Shown here: piece by piece, positions 1 to 10,994 of the stretch
Layout: each line of letters opens with the position of its first letter
Numbering within the stretch: position 1 is the stretch's first letter
Assembly (NCBI GenBank): GCA_036172245.1
Contig: JAYWIR010000046.1
Span: 682,001 to 746,000 of the forward strand
Direction: 5' to 3'
DNA from: Raillietiella orientalis
Taxonomy: Eukaryota
DNA length: 64,000 nt
Notes under the pieces: generated by a model
What the model was told of the DNA's origin: nothing
Database searches by the model: none
Seen by the model: only the letters and a program-made list of their open reading frames with translations
Position numbers and translations under genes: made by a program

Positions 1-1890
1 AGAAACCAATTATTTTAGTTCCTAAAAATTGACGATAACGGATAGCTGGAAAAACTGCCTTTGAAATAGAAAGTGCTTTTCCACAGCCTCTCAAAAGAGA
101 CCAGGTGGATATGACTTATAGGTCGGAAAATTAAGTGCGTATTAGATATAGCTGCTTTGCTCTAATATGAAGTACATTTATTAAGCTGAATCGATGCAAA
201 CGACTCAAAAATGGGGGTACATTTCTGATTGAACGTTCGCCGTCTTGCAAAAGAAGATTAGCAGAAAATTCAAGGAACCTGATGCAAGATTTCAGTCTAG
301 ACTGTCAGTCTACCAGCACAGAACTTAAGAAAAAATGGCTACGAAAAAGGCTCTGAGACGCTTGACAAGCCACTATGAGTCTTCTGAGAACGTCATTTAT
401 TTGCATGCTGAGGCAAATTCTTACTTTAAGCACGGCATTACGGGAAAACTATCCCTGTCGATAAAGTCAGAAGTTTGTCGTAAGTCTTCATGAAGAACAA
501 ATGATCTTTCTCTAGAAGAATTTCCGAATGCTTTGAAATAAAACTGCTCTCGAAATCTTTCAGAATTTCAGAATAAAAAATTCATATCTTGAATCAGTTA
601 AAATCTAACAAAAATTGCGAGGAGGTGATGGTCATGACATTCTAAACCAAGCCGGGATATTCTCTGTCGCTTCATGTGGTTAGAGAACATACAACATTGA
701 AGTGAATCCAGGATGAATTTTACAGCAAATCAAGGATGTGGCTTAGTGATGGGAAATAAGACTTTGAGGAGATTTGAATTATTCATAAAAAAAGGACCCT
801 ATGAAATGCAACAGGACCTCAAACAAATAGAGAAAACAGTCACTGCATCCTAATTTAATTAAAAACAAACAGACGAATGAGCAGATAAAATCACTTTAGA
901 TATTCTCTGAATCTTTTTATAGAAAGCTTTGGCAAGCTAGTTCCACCCGCTTGATTCTCCAAGGCACTGTTCTCATATCTGAAAAAGCAAACGCGCAGGA
1001 ACAGATTTCGATCCGTTGTTCCGTTAAGGCATCACTTGGTGAAGTTCATTCTCTGTTTCCGATTTCTGTTCCATTCTCTACATTGCTAAAAGTATTCTCT
1101 GGAGTTGTCAACTTGTCGAGAAGACTTTTCTCACTTCTTCGGGTTAACTTGCTAGCATGGGTTTTTGGCATCGCTCCTATTTGCATCGTTCCATCTTGCG
1201 ATCGGACACCACAAAATTCTTTCCAAGTCTTGCAAAGACAAAGATGTCGATGTTCTTGTTGGTCGTCTTGTTGAAACTAGGGAAGGAAAAGAAGCAGGAA
1301 AGCAGGCTTTCGGTTTGCTTGCGTAAGATCGGTATGTGTGTGATGCCGGTATTCCCCGATTACCTCCCCGGCTGGATCCATACTGACGAAAAAGATATTG
1401 GTAATTCGATCATGTATTAAATCCTATCTGATGCTAGCTTCCCTCAATTGAAGCTCCTATGCATGCAGCTTCCTCGTCACGGAGCAATCTCAATCAATTT
1501 AGCTCTTTTCAGAGAAGAAATAAATCCCGAACCCTTCTGAAAAAGAAATGGAAATCTGTTGTATCCTCAGAAATGCTTTCTCATGTCTGTGAGAACGCGG
1601 ACAAGATAAGCACAATTTTGATGTGGTCGTCTGCACTTTTAGGAACCCTGCCTTCATCCCCTCTGAATGGAGGGTTTCGCAATCAGCACATGGCTTCTAT
1701 CTCTATGCAACCAGGTCACCCTTGCCTCCGAAACCTGAATCTATGTAGATACCCTCGATTAGTTGGCCCAACGTTGCTAAACACGAACATATGATCATGA
1801 AGAGGTTGCAATACAGAGGCTGCCACATTGGAATGCACTCAGTATATTGTAATGTATCACCAACAAAAATGCAATACTGACGATGTAGGT

Positions 1891-1921
1891 TTCTCGGTCT
1901 TTTGGCTAAGATCAAAGTGTA
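1891..1921 (+). ncRNA. U2: U2 snRNA 5' fragment (truncated pseudogene or remnant of a retroelement target site)
   Basis: ttctcggtcttttggctaagatcaaagtgta matches the U2 5' end (TTCTCGGCCTTTTGGCTAAGATCAAAGTGTAG) with one substitution. It stops at the branch-point recognition sequence and the rest of U2 is absent. Confidence 0.85.
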
Positions 1922-4900
1922 CAGGATTTTGAGTCTTAATGTAGATCATTGATTAGGATTTCGTTATTTCAAATTTGAGGGAATGCTAATGAAGAACAGA
2001 AGAACTGATCTTCGTATTGGAACAGGATGGCAGTGAAAAGTAGACGGCGAAGAGATTCCCAATAATTGGAGGGAGAGGAATTCGCAAGGAACTGTCACAA
2101 GAAAAATCTCCATTGGTTGATCGCCATCCGAATCGCTCTCGATAAATTTTTACTCGCTCGTAAGTCACTTGTGTTCAAGGAATATGATGAGATGAGATGG
2201 CCACAACAGGCAGCCATTATTGTTTTAAAGATAAGTATTCAGGTGCCTTTATGGAACTGATCTTAGAATGAGCAGCAACTGCTGATGTTTATCATTCCAT
2301 TTTGGGTAGACGATTAAGCGTCCAGGCTTTTATGATGCCTCGCTCACATTTTTTGCCCTTTTCTTGATGAAACCACGAAGTCCGGCGGCAAATTCGATTG
2401 ATTTGCTCCTTCATGGAGCACGAAATAGAAGATGCAGAACGAAACCATTTCTGCATCCTTTAATCAGAGAATAAAGATCGGACCTCCACTATCAGAACTA
2501 CACAGACTGCAGACGTGCTCCTGTCAGAGCACGAATTGAGAAGAAGAAAATTTTCGTTTTCTTTCCTTCTGCTTGCTGAATGCAGGACTTGTGCTTGAAT
2601 TCGCATTTCTCTGCTTCTCTGTGAGGACCTGGCGTCATACTGAGCCTTTTGAAGGCACCCAAATGGCGCCTACTACAGAATTTGTGATGTGGCACGTGAT
2701 TTCATATCACCGTCTAAGACGAGCAGCCGAGACTTCAATTTGTTTTCATATGAGGTCTCCTCAATAAGGAACAGGGAAAAATCAAATGATTTTTTTTCAT
2801 AAAATGATCAAAAAAAAGGAAAATGAAGAGCATTTTTTGCATCCTCCATAACTTTTACTCCAGTTTCCGTAATTTTCCACTTGGCAACACTGATTTAGGT
2901 TTCTTTCTGGTCTCTAGACTTAAGAGGGAAGCGTACTTATATTTCTTGCTTTCTGTTGCTTGGATTCGTTGTTTTGAGATATCTGCAGTGAGGGCACTGT
3001 TCTTTGCCGACACACTTATAGGGACACCCACAGATATCGATGCTGCCAGCTGATTGTGTAGATCGATCAATCAAATTTTCTTCAGTGTGGAAAGAGGGAA
3101 TTTGCAGATGTCTGGTGGCGAAGAATGCATTACAAGTGATTCCCGGAATTTTAACGTGTTAAGCGGAAGAGTGACAGCTAGCTCTTGCCTCTGATCTTAT
3201 CTCTCATATCATTCACTTTTTGTCGATAGTTTGAAGATTTCTGTGCATTGCCAGATGCATCTTTTTAGCTAGGGCTCATATTGACGTACTGATTGTTTGC
3301 TACATGAGTGGCTTCCACTGATTACAGCAAGAATCCTTAGAGAAATCCATCGAAGAAACATCGAAAGCCTTTTAAAAAGAAAAACATTAGAACGATGGCA
3401 TCAATTTGGCTGAAGCCAGACTCACTAGACTTAGGCCGATTGCTTCCACGCTTAAGGGAAAGCTATGGTGGAAAGGTTCCTTTTTATTGAAAAGATTTCC
3501 ATTTCAGGATCACTGAAAAATCCTGTTTCCATGCACCTCTTGCACACCGGCCGTGAACAAGCGCTGCTGTGCTTGTGTGCTTAACTCTTCCTTTCGGAGA
3601 CATCGAGACGAATGAGGAAGGAACATCGAAGGAAGTTCTTCGGTACGCATTTAAGAGCATCTATTGCTTTGCGAATGGCCACAACGAAATCTGAGCTGAG
3701 AATCATCGCATTTGTTCTACGAAGCCCGGATCTTCAGCTTCCTTTTGCGAAGCATTTTATATTTAGAAACACATTCTGAACGTAGATTTTCGGGTTTCCG
3801 TGACATTGGCGTCAAGGGATATTCCCGATTGGCAAAAGATGATCGCCTTGCCGCCTGACGGAAAATTTTTCCTTCTTCTATAGTCAGATAATTAATTGCC
3901 ATCGGGATGAAGAGATTCACGATGCATTGGGAGACATGAAACGCAGTTGATCTGAAGCTACAGAAGTAAAAAAGAGCGATCAATAGGATCCTCAATCTAA
4001 AATTTAAAATTCTCATCCATAAACGAGAAAGTCCTTTCTTCACGCACGACTTTCTTGAAAATCGATTGAGTTGCGTCCTGGAATTCTCCTCAGTCGTCAC
4101 AGACTTTTTGGGAAAATATGATCTGTGGTTCACATTTCAGAAATATCTTAGTCTTTCCTGGGAGTAATGCAGAGCAACATCTGAAAAGTGAACACTTTTA
4201 GGGCTTTCCTCAGAGATCCAATCATCCCCAAGCTGACCTGCCTTCCCCGAAAAGGGATGTCGCTTAAACCTGCAGACAACTACGCAAAAGCACAGTTTCA
4301 CCTCCGTTTCATTTTCGTTCTTCTGCAAACTTCAAATGGCACCCTGCAATTTTCCACACCGGTGTATTTGCATCTTCCTCCTAATATCTTGTTTGGAAGT
4401 TTTTCCGGAAACAAGAGCTTATTCCTTTGGAAAAATGGAGTCCCTGAACCAGCTTAAATTTTTCCAGCAGTTCTTGAGCTTGAAAAATTCGTGGACAGTA
4501 TCATCTACTTGACTGCTTTGAATGGATTTCGTATAGTGCGGGTCATCCTAATCGATTTCCAGTGTATCCAGGGAATTGATGGACGCTCAGAATGCAAAAT
4601 TTCTTTAAGGCGTGAAGGATCAGCTCCTCGACATATTCGTAGAGTTTAATGGAATAACTAAACTGACCTCCTGGAGATCCGAGAAAGGTCATCCTCGAAA
4701 AAGGATCTCTTCCATCCCTCCAAGAATCGTCGTTTTCTTCAGTTCCGTAGGCACCGTTTGCGCTGCACCAGGACCGAGACACCAAGAACTTACTGCTCAA
4801 GGCAGCTTCAAGACTGGAAGATCGCCCGCGATGCCGTACACAGAGGAATGAAAAGCATCAGCACATGGTCTACGTTTCATGTGAACAGCTGCTAGGAGTC

Positions 4901-5591
4901 ACAACTGAATCCGTTTCCGGAAATCTCAGCGGCAAGGGGAAGGGCGACGACGGAAACGATGCTTAGGTGGAATCATCATTCTTGCTATGGGATCCGACTG
5001 CAGAACATCCTGATGACTGGAATGAAACCGGTGACGCCAACGAGCCGTTTGAGCTGAGGGTACGAGGAGCGGCGGCTCCATAAGCGTTGAAGCCAGGGTC
5101 TTTGAGTGTTCTCTTCGGGGAGGAGCACCAAACGAATCAGTCGAAGGAGCGTATCACAAGCTTCCTCGCTAGCCTAGGCAGGTGGGACGTACCAGCACCT
5201 ATGTGAGGGACTTCTCAGGTGAATTTCCAAAATTCCCATCACGACGGGGCGGTGAGCGATTTCCTTCGAGACTTTCAAAAAATTGAAAAAAAAAAGCGCG
5301 GAAGATTTGCGAACACGGAGAACAGTTCCGAAAGAAGTTTCAGCGGCCAGCTACTCTAGCGCGTCGGATTCCCGGATCCTCTCTTTTCCACCGACTCGTC
5401 TTCCAAGCAAATGATGCGACAGGGAAGATGCAGCTGAAAAGCGAAGCTCTGCCCAAGAGGGGAAGAATCAAGAACCAGGATCAAGTCGTGTTGTTGCCCC
5501 GATAAAATCACATGAGAAACACTTTCTCGTTTCAGCGTCGACCAGGAGACTCCAATGTTTCGGTGTTTTCGTTCTGCGTCCATGCCGTGGA

Positions 5592-6190
5592 AGGGGGACA
5601 GCGGCATCGCACCGCGTGGCTACCGGCTTCCTGGATGGCTACCAAGAGCGGCGGGTTCGAATCCGCATGTGGAGGATCGACGGCCGTGAAATGGGTGCAC
5701 CGTGAGTTTCGAGTTCACCCATGCAGGATGATGGGCTCCTGAGCCTAGATCGACCTCGTGTGAGGCACTGCTGGAATCCGGAAACCGGATGTTTCGTTGA
5801 CTGGATGACCCTTTGTGTTCCTTCCAGGAACCCTTCGGGGTTCTCTCTAATTGTGAAAATGGAGCCTTTTTCGCGTTCCATTGAGCTGGTTGATACCTCT
5901 CTAGGGTTCAAGAAGCTCGCTGTTGCCTTCGGGGAGCGTTATTCAGAGAAATTGGAAGCGTCCCTTCGGAGTTCTCTTCAGAGGAGTAACAAGGAGAGGA
6001 TCCTTTCCGTGGGGTCTCTCCGGAGAAGAAATAATGAGATTCCCTTCGGAGAGAATAAGGAAGAGATTCTCTTAGGAGTTCCCTCCCGAGCGTAAAAAGA
6101 ACGGACTCCGTCCTCCGGAACCCTTCCTGGATTCATAGGGTGGTCTCCTCTCGGAGTACCCCAAATTTGAAGAGTCCGCTTTAAAAAAAG
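5592..6190 (+). mobile_element. tRNA-derived SINE-like element, copy 1
   Basis: B-box GGTTCGAATCC at 5654-5664 and a second B-box-like motif at about 5704-5716. The body has recurrent tcccttcgg subrepeats and ends in a short A-run at about 6183-6189. It is homologous to 46012-46735 in reverse orientation (exact 23-mer 6121-6143 = revcomp of 46169-46191). Confidence 0.7.
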
Positions 6191-7412
6191 GGGGGGGGGA
6201 CCTCCGAACCAAGCTAGTGATTCAAGCCTTCTGGATGTCTCTGAAGTCGACCTTTCTCCGTTGCAACTGGCTTCCAGTAATCGTGGGTCCGCGAATACAC
6301 GTCGTTGATATCTGATTGGAGATGACATCTGATATCTGATTGGTGGTGACGTAGACTGCACGTGAGCGACGTTCCACCACCAACGAGGTCTCCCACACGA
6401 GTGTCCTCCGCATTGGAGGGAAAGAGAACAGAGCCTTCTTCTCCCAGCGTCACCATGTAGGTGCCGCTGGCGCATCGTTTCCTTTCATCTCTTTTCGCTG
6501 AGCACTCAGCTACTCCAGCAGAGGGGCTCCGGTGGGAAAATCCGAGAGACGAGTGCTGAATCCATCCCGTTCTCATTGTATTCTCAACGAGAGCTGGTCT
6601 CGCTATGCGACGACGAGCTCTCGAGGGCGAGATCAGCTGATCGCTTGTTTTCGTTCCAGGAAAATAAGCATCTTGCACGCGATCTCTTCTCTGTAACTAC
6701 GCCCATAGGAAGAAGACATCAAAAATGCAGAAGGTGCTTTCTTGCTCCCTCCTCTCTGTCTTTCGAAACTGTCAAGGGAAACCGACCGTGTGTACACCGC
6801 TGGAGACCCTTGGGAAAAAGTTAATGCATGGATCAGCACCATTAATTCCAGAACAATTAGCCTGTGCCGAATTCCTCCTCATTTGTTGATTGGGTGCCAC
6901 AGGTGCCGTAGCCTCCTGCCTTCTCCTGCCATCTGAAATCCAAGGAGAACTTTCGAGTTCTCTTCGGATGAGGTCGGCCGCGGACCTCATCCGAGGAAGT
7001 GAATGCTTCAGATCGGAGAAGCGCCTTCCTGGGAAGGATTCTCGGGGGCCCAGGAGGCGAGAGGCAAAAGCCGATCAGAAGGGAACAAAAGCGGAAGTCT
7101 CTTCCTTCTCGTTGCTTCTTCCTGAGGCTCGGCTGTTTGTTTCCCCTTTCCTCTTTCATCCGTGCACGACAGCGCGGTTCAGTGGCCTGCCAACGCGAGT
7201 TTAGTTCCCCTGATCGCCCGTCCCCCTTTCACGAGTTCCCAGGAGCATCCTTGGTCGCATCCGTGACTTTCCTCGAGCGAGGCTGGAAATCGCTATCCTT
7301 TTCGAATTGGTTTCGAAGAGCGAAGCTTAGTAGCAGCTTCGAGAGCCGGATCTGAACCCAGACCAGAGTTCCACAATCCCTTTGTATTCTTCACTTTTCC
7401 TGATAAAAGCTG

Positions 7413-7434
7413 ATAATAATAATAATAATAATAA
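7413..7434. repeat. (TAA)n microsatellite
   Basis: ataataataataataataataa read directly. Confidence 0.9.
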
Positions 7435-8229
7435 ACTGCAACACATTGAGAGAAAAGTAATTCGAGCAACTTCCGAGCTCTCCTGAAGGAGGAGATGAAT
7501 ATTTTTCCAAGACTCCCTGGAAACACTCCAAGATAGCAACAATTACCGTCTTTATTGCTCGCAGCTGAATCCAACGTACAGTCAAGCGTGGCTGAACCTC
7601 TTTGTCGCAGGATTTACGGGCACTCATATCTTTGCTGTGCTCCTCTCGTTTCCATGCAAACGGGAATCCAGGAAAAATTTTTGCGAGCGCGGAGACTTTG
7701 TTTTATCTGGAAGACGCTGCCACACCTCAGTGGGGCTGGGTGTTCAGTGCAGAATGCATCCGAAAGAACGCGATTGCAGGGATAGGGAGGTCAGATTTCC
7801 TGTCCTTTCCTCGAAAGCTCATACTGAGTGGCTCCACACTTTCTTATGAAGCAAACTCACCTTCGGAATGGAGGAATGTTGACTACCTGATCTCATCTTG
7901 AATGGGATCAGGGAGTCAGTCCAGCTCATTTTGAATGGGCTGGACTGCCCATTCAAAATCCATGCATGAGAAGACTGTGCCAGGGAGAACTTCCGAACCA
8001 CATAGGACTTGCTTGGTCCACATCTAAGCCTTCCAGCAATGAGAAACAGACAAAAGTAACTCTCGTGATTTCTTTGAAAATCATTCTCAATGTAAAAGAA
8101 TCCAAAGGAGGACTGGGGTTTCAAACTTGTCCTGAGATCTGTCCTAATTCTGTTCTTATATCAACCCTTGATTGGTTATTCACTCTGCGGTAGCGTACTG
8201 ATAATAAATGTATGAGTTAGTCATGAAAC

Positions 8230-10700
8230 TGTACCTTACAGTTATTGGGGGGCACGGAAAGGGAAGAGGGGTAGTTTGTTTCATCTTCTCAGCCTATCTG
8301 TTCTCACCTTTTTTTCATCATTTCTTGGAGGTTCTTGCATTCACTGGAGGAGAAAACCCGACGTGTATTCCGGGAACACCTCGTGTTTGAAACATAGCGC
8401 TTCTCTTTTCGTAATTGCTCCGCTTGCTTCATGAAAACTTTTCGGTTCCCTCAACTTCGTTGTCCCTCGAGAGATCCTGCTACGATTGCTCGTGCAGTGG
8501 CGCGATCTCCTTTGAGGGCAAAGCGTAGAGTCACTTCTCCATACCCAACACTCCCTCCCCTACTTTGCCCATGTTTTTGCTCTTGAAGAGTGCTGAAGGT
8601 ACCAAGGAGAGCTCAAAATGAGTAATTTTCCTTATATTTGGAGCAGTAGACTCGGATTTAGCGTTAGGCATGTTCCGGGAATGGTCTGGTTGGCAGCTAC
8701 CAACTTAACGTGTTTCGATCTTGGACTTCTTGATTTGGCCCACCCGCTCTTCGCGCCTCCTTGTAATCGTTTTCTTGTTATATATGGGCTGTTGAGATTT
8801 CTCCCATCCATCACATCTGCTTCCACGAACTGTCATCCCTGGTCGGCAATGCCTGCACAGGCAGGAGTTGAGTCGTGATGCGCGAATAAATCTATCATTG
8901 CATACCAAAGATGCCCTCCGCCCAAGAGAGAATGTCCCGGAAAATCGATGCTGTACGACTCAAAACAAGATTTTCCCATGACCCAGTGTCTTGAGATGAG
9001 GAACAACCCTGTCTTCTTGATGGGGTTGCTCATGGACTTGGAGTAGCTTTCTTTCTCGTACGTCTGCCAAACACGGAGTCCCTCCAAATGTGACTGGGTG
9101 TTTCCTACTCGAAAATCCACTTCACCCTCAGTCCTCCGGATGCTTGCCTTCCTACCATGTACATGTTTTTGCCATTGCTGTTCCGTTTCCCCTTAGCCTC
9201 CTTATTGATTCGATTTCCAAAGTCTTCATACGTTGCTGGTGTCTGCATTTTCTTTCTCACCTTCGGCTGCGCTGTCCTTCGGCCGAGGTCCTATACCTCT
9301 GGTTCCGGGATGGTCGATAGTTTAAAGCAAGTCTCCACAGAGAAGTTACCGGCATCTTCGATTAGGTTAGCCACAACCCAAACATTCGGTAGATCTGTCA
9401 GGTTCACTCTCGAATCTGATAAAGATGTCTGCTCTCTTGCTTAGGTAGATGTGTTTTCTGAAACATCCTTATGTGTTGTTGACGAACATCCATTCCTCTT
9501 TCCTAAATATCTCCAGCTGCTGTTCTCAACGCACCAGTCCAGGAAGAAATTTCTCGTGGCATTCAATCGCTGCCATGAAAATGATGCCAAATCCATTATG
9601 GCCACTTTGGCTAATATCTGATGTTTGGTGAGCTCCGATGTGAATGAGTTTGAGCCAAATGATCTGCCTAAATGCCTTTCATGCCTCAGTATCGTCTGGT
9701 CTTCGGTCTGGAAAGATGGTTTTCCGTATCCCTCCTGGTTTTGGGTTTCGAAATGTAATGATGCACATTTGCTGGGGTTTATTGATAATCCAGGTTTTCT
9801 TTTTCTTTTTTTTTTCTTCACAAGTCTTAGATAAGATGACTGCGCTCTCGAAGTCCGGCTTCCGGCTCGGCAGTGTTACATCGTCTGCGTATGAAAACAT
9901 CTGTAATCTGTAATGTAATCTGTTTCAAACGATTCTCGTGGTTTCGCAAAAATGGGCTTAACTGCCATGTTGAATGGCAGTGAGATAAGAGGGCATCCTT
10001 ATTTCACTGCTCAATGAATAGTGGTGTTTTTGACGACTGTAGATTCGCCTTAGAGTCTAAGTCATTTCTAGCTACTTTAATGTCTACAACTTCTGTATTG
10101 ATCATATATCACCTAGGAAGCTGGGAGTTCTCTATGACGAGTAGTTTCTGAGCATTTTCCTTTGTCCATAGGTAACTGTTATTTTCTTGATGGGATCTTT
10201 TTCTGCCTTTGATGGTCTAGATGTTACGCTCCATAGATGTCAATGCAATTTATGATCGAGGAACCTGCAATAGGCAAAATCCTTCTCGATGATGAATTCC
10301 TTACTGGTGATTGAGCTACTATTACCTCATGGAATCTCTGCGGTATCCGAAATTTGCGGCTATGGAGCATTAATCAATCAACGGTAATGATCCTGGGAAT
10401 CTGGTTATCTTCTCCGAACCGGCCCGCTATAGCAGCAGCGACAAGCAACCGGACTGAAATATCCTTGATCCAGAAATTCCGTCGGCAGGGCTGGGAATCC
10501 TACAAAAATTCTCCAACCTTTCGGTTCCGAAGATAGCTGAGCAATCGGGTATCATTTATATCCATGATGAGCGACAATGAAATCCCCTTGGATCTTTATA
10601 TGATGCTAGGAGCATCTGCTATTTGAGACTTGATCGATTTGCACAAAGCGATTCCAAGACGATGCAAACTCTTTGCTCTTTTTGCAACAAACACTTAAAG
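8230..10700 (-). mobile_element. Decayed RLE-type non-LTR retrotransposon (NeSL/Utopia-like)
   Basis: Minus-strand motifs in the expected order: VK*GCPLISLPFNMAV (about 9960-10010; RT QGxPLS), FSYADDVTL (about 9875-9897), GLSINPSKCASLH, WQRLNATRNF, RFIRASRLN, ITRRREERVGQIKK (like ITRRHD) and NQTIPGTCLTLNPSLLL (like the RLE PDL motif). Multiple stops and frameshifts. Confidence 0.75.
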
Positions 10701-10994
10701 ATGTTGCAGCAAGTTGATCACTAATCTCATGGTGTCAAGAGTAGCTCAAGAAACTCTGCATTCACGAGGCAGTTGACTGATGAGGGAGGTCGAATATCTC
10801 AGATTGTTGCATCTCGATCTCGCACGCATTTCATGCTTAGCAATGATCAGAGTTACGTGCCTGTAAAAGCAAGAGGTGAGGGACCAACGTAGCATAACGC
10901 ATCTTGAAACGTCTTCTCCTTGATGCCAGGAGTTTATTGTGAAAATATATATTGCAAATAAACGGTCAAAAAAATTAACAGAAACTGATCCAAA

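Noticed and set aside
8190..8305. U2-like words (tatctgttct on plus, ttatcagt on minus) near the RLE element 3' end
   Set aside because: Only 8-10 nt long, and the better match is on the wrong strand to be a U2 target flank.
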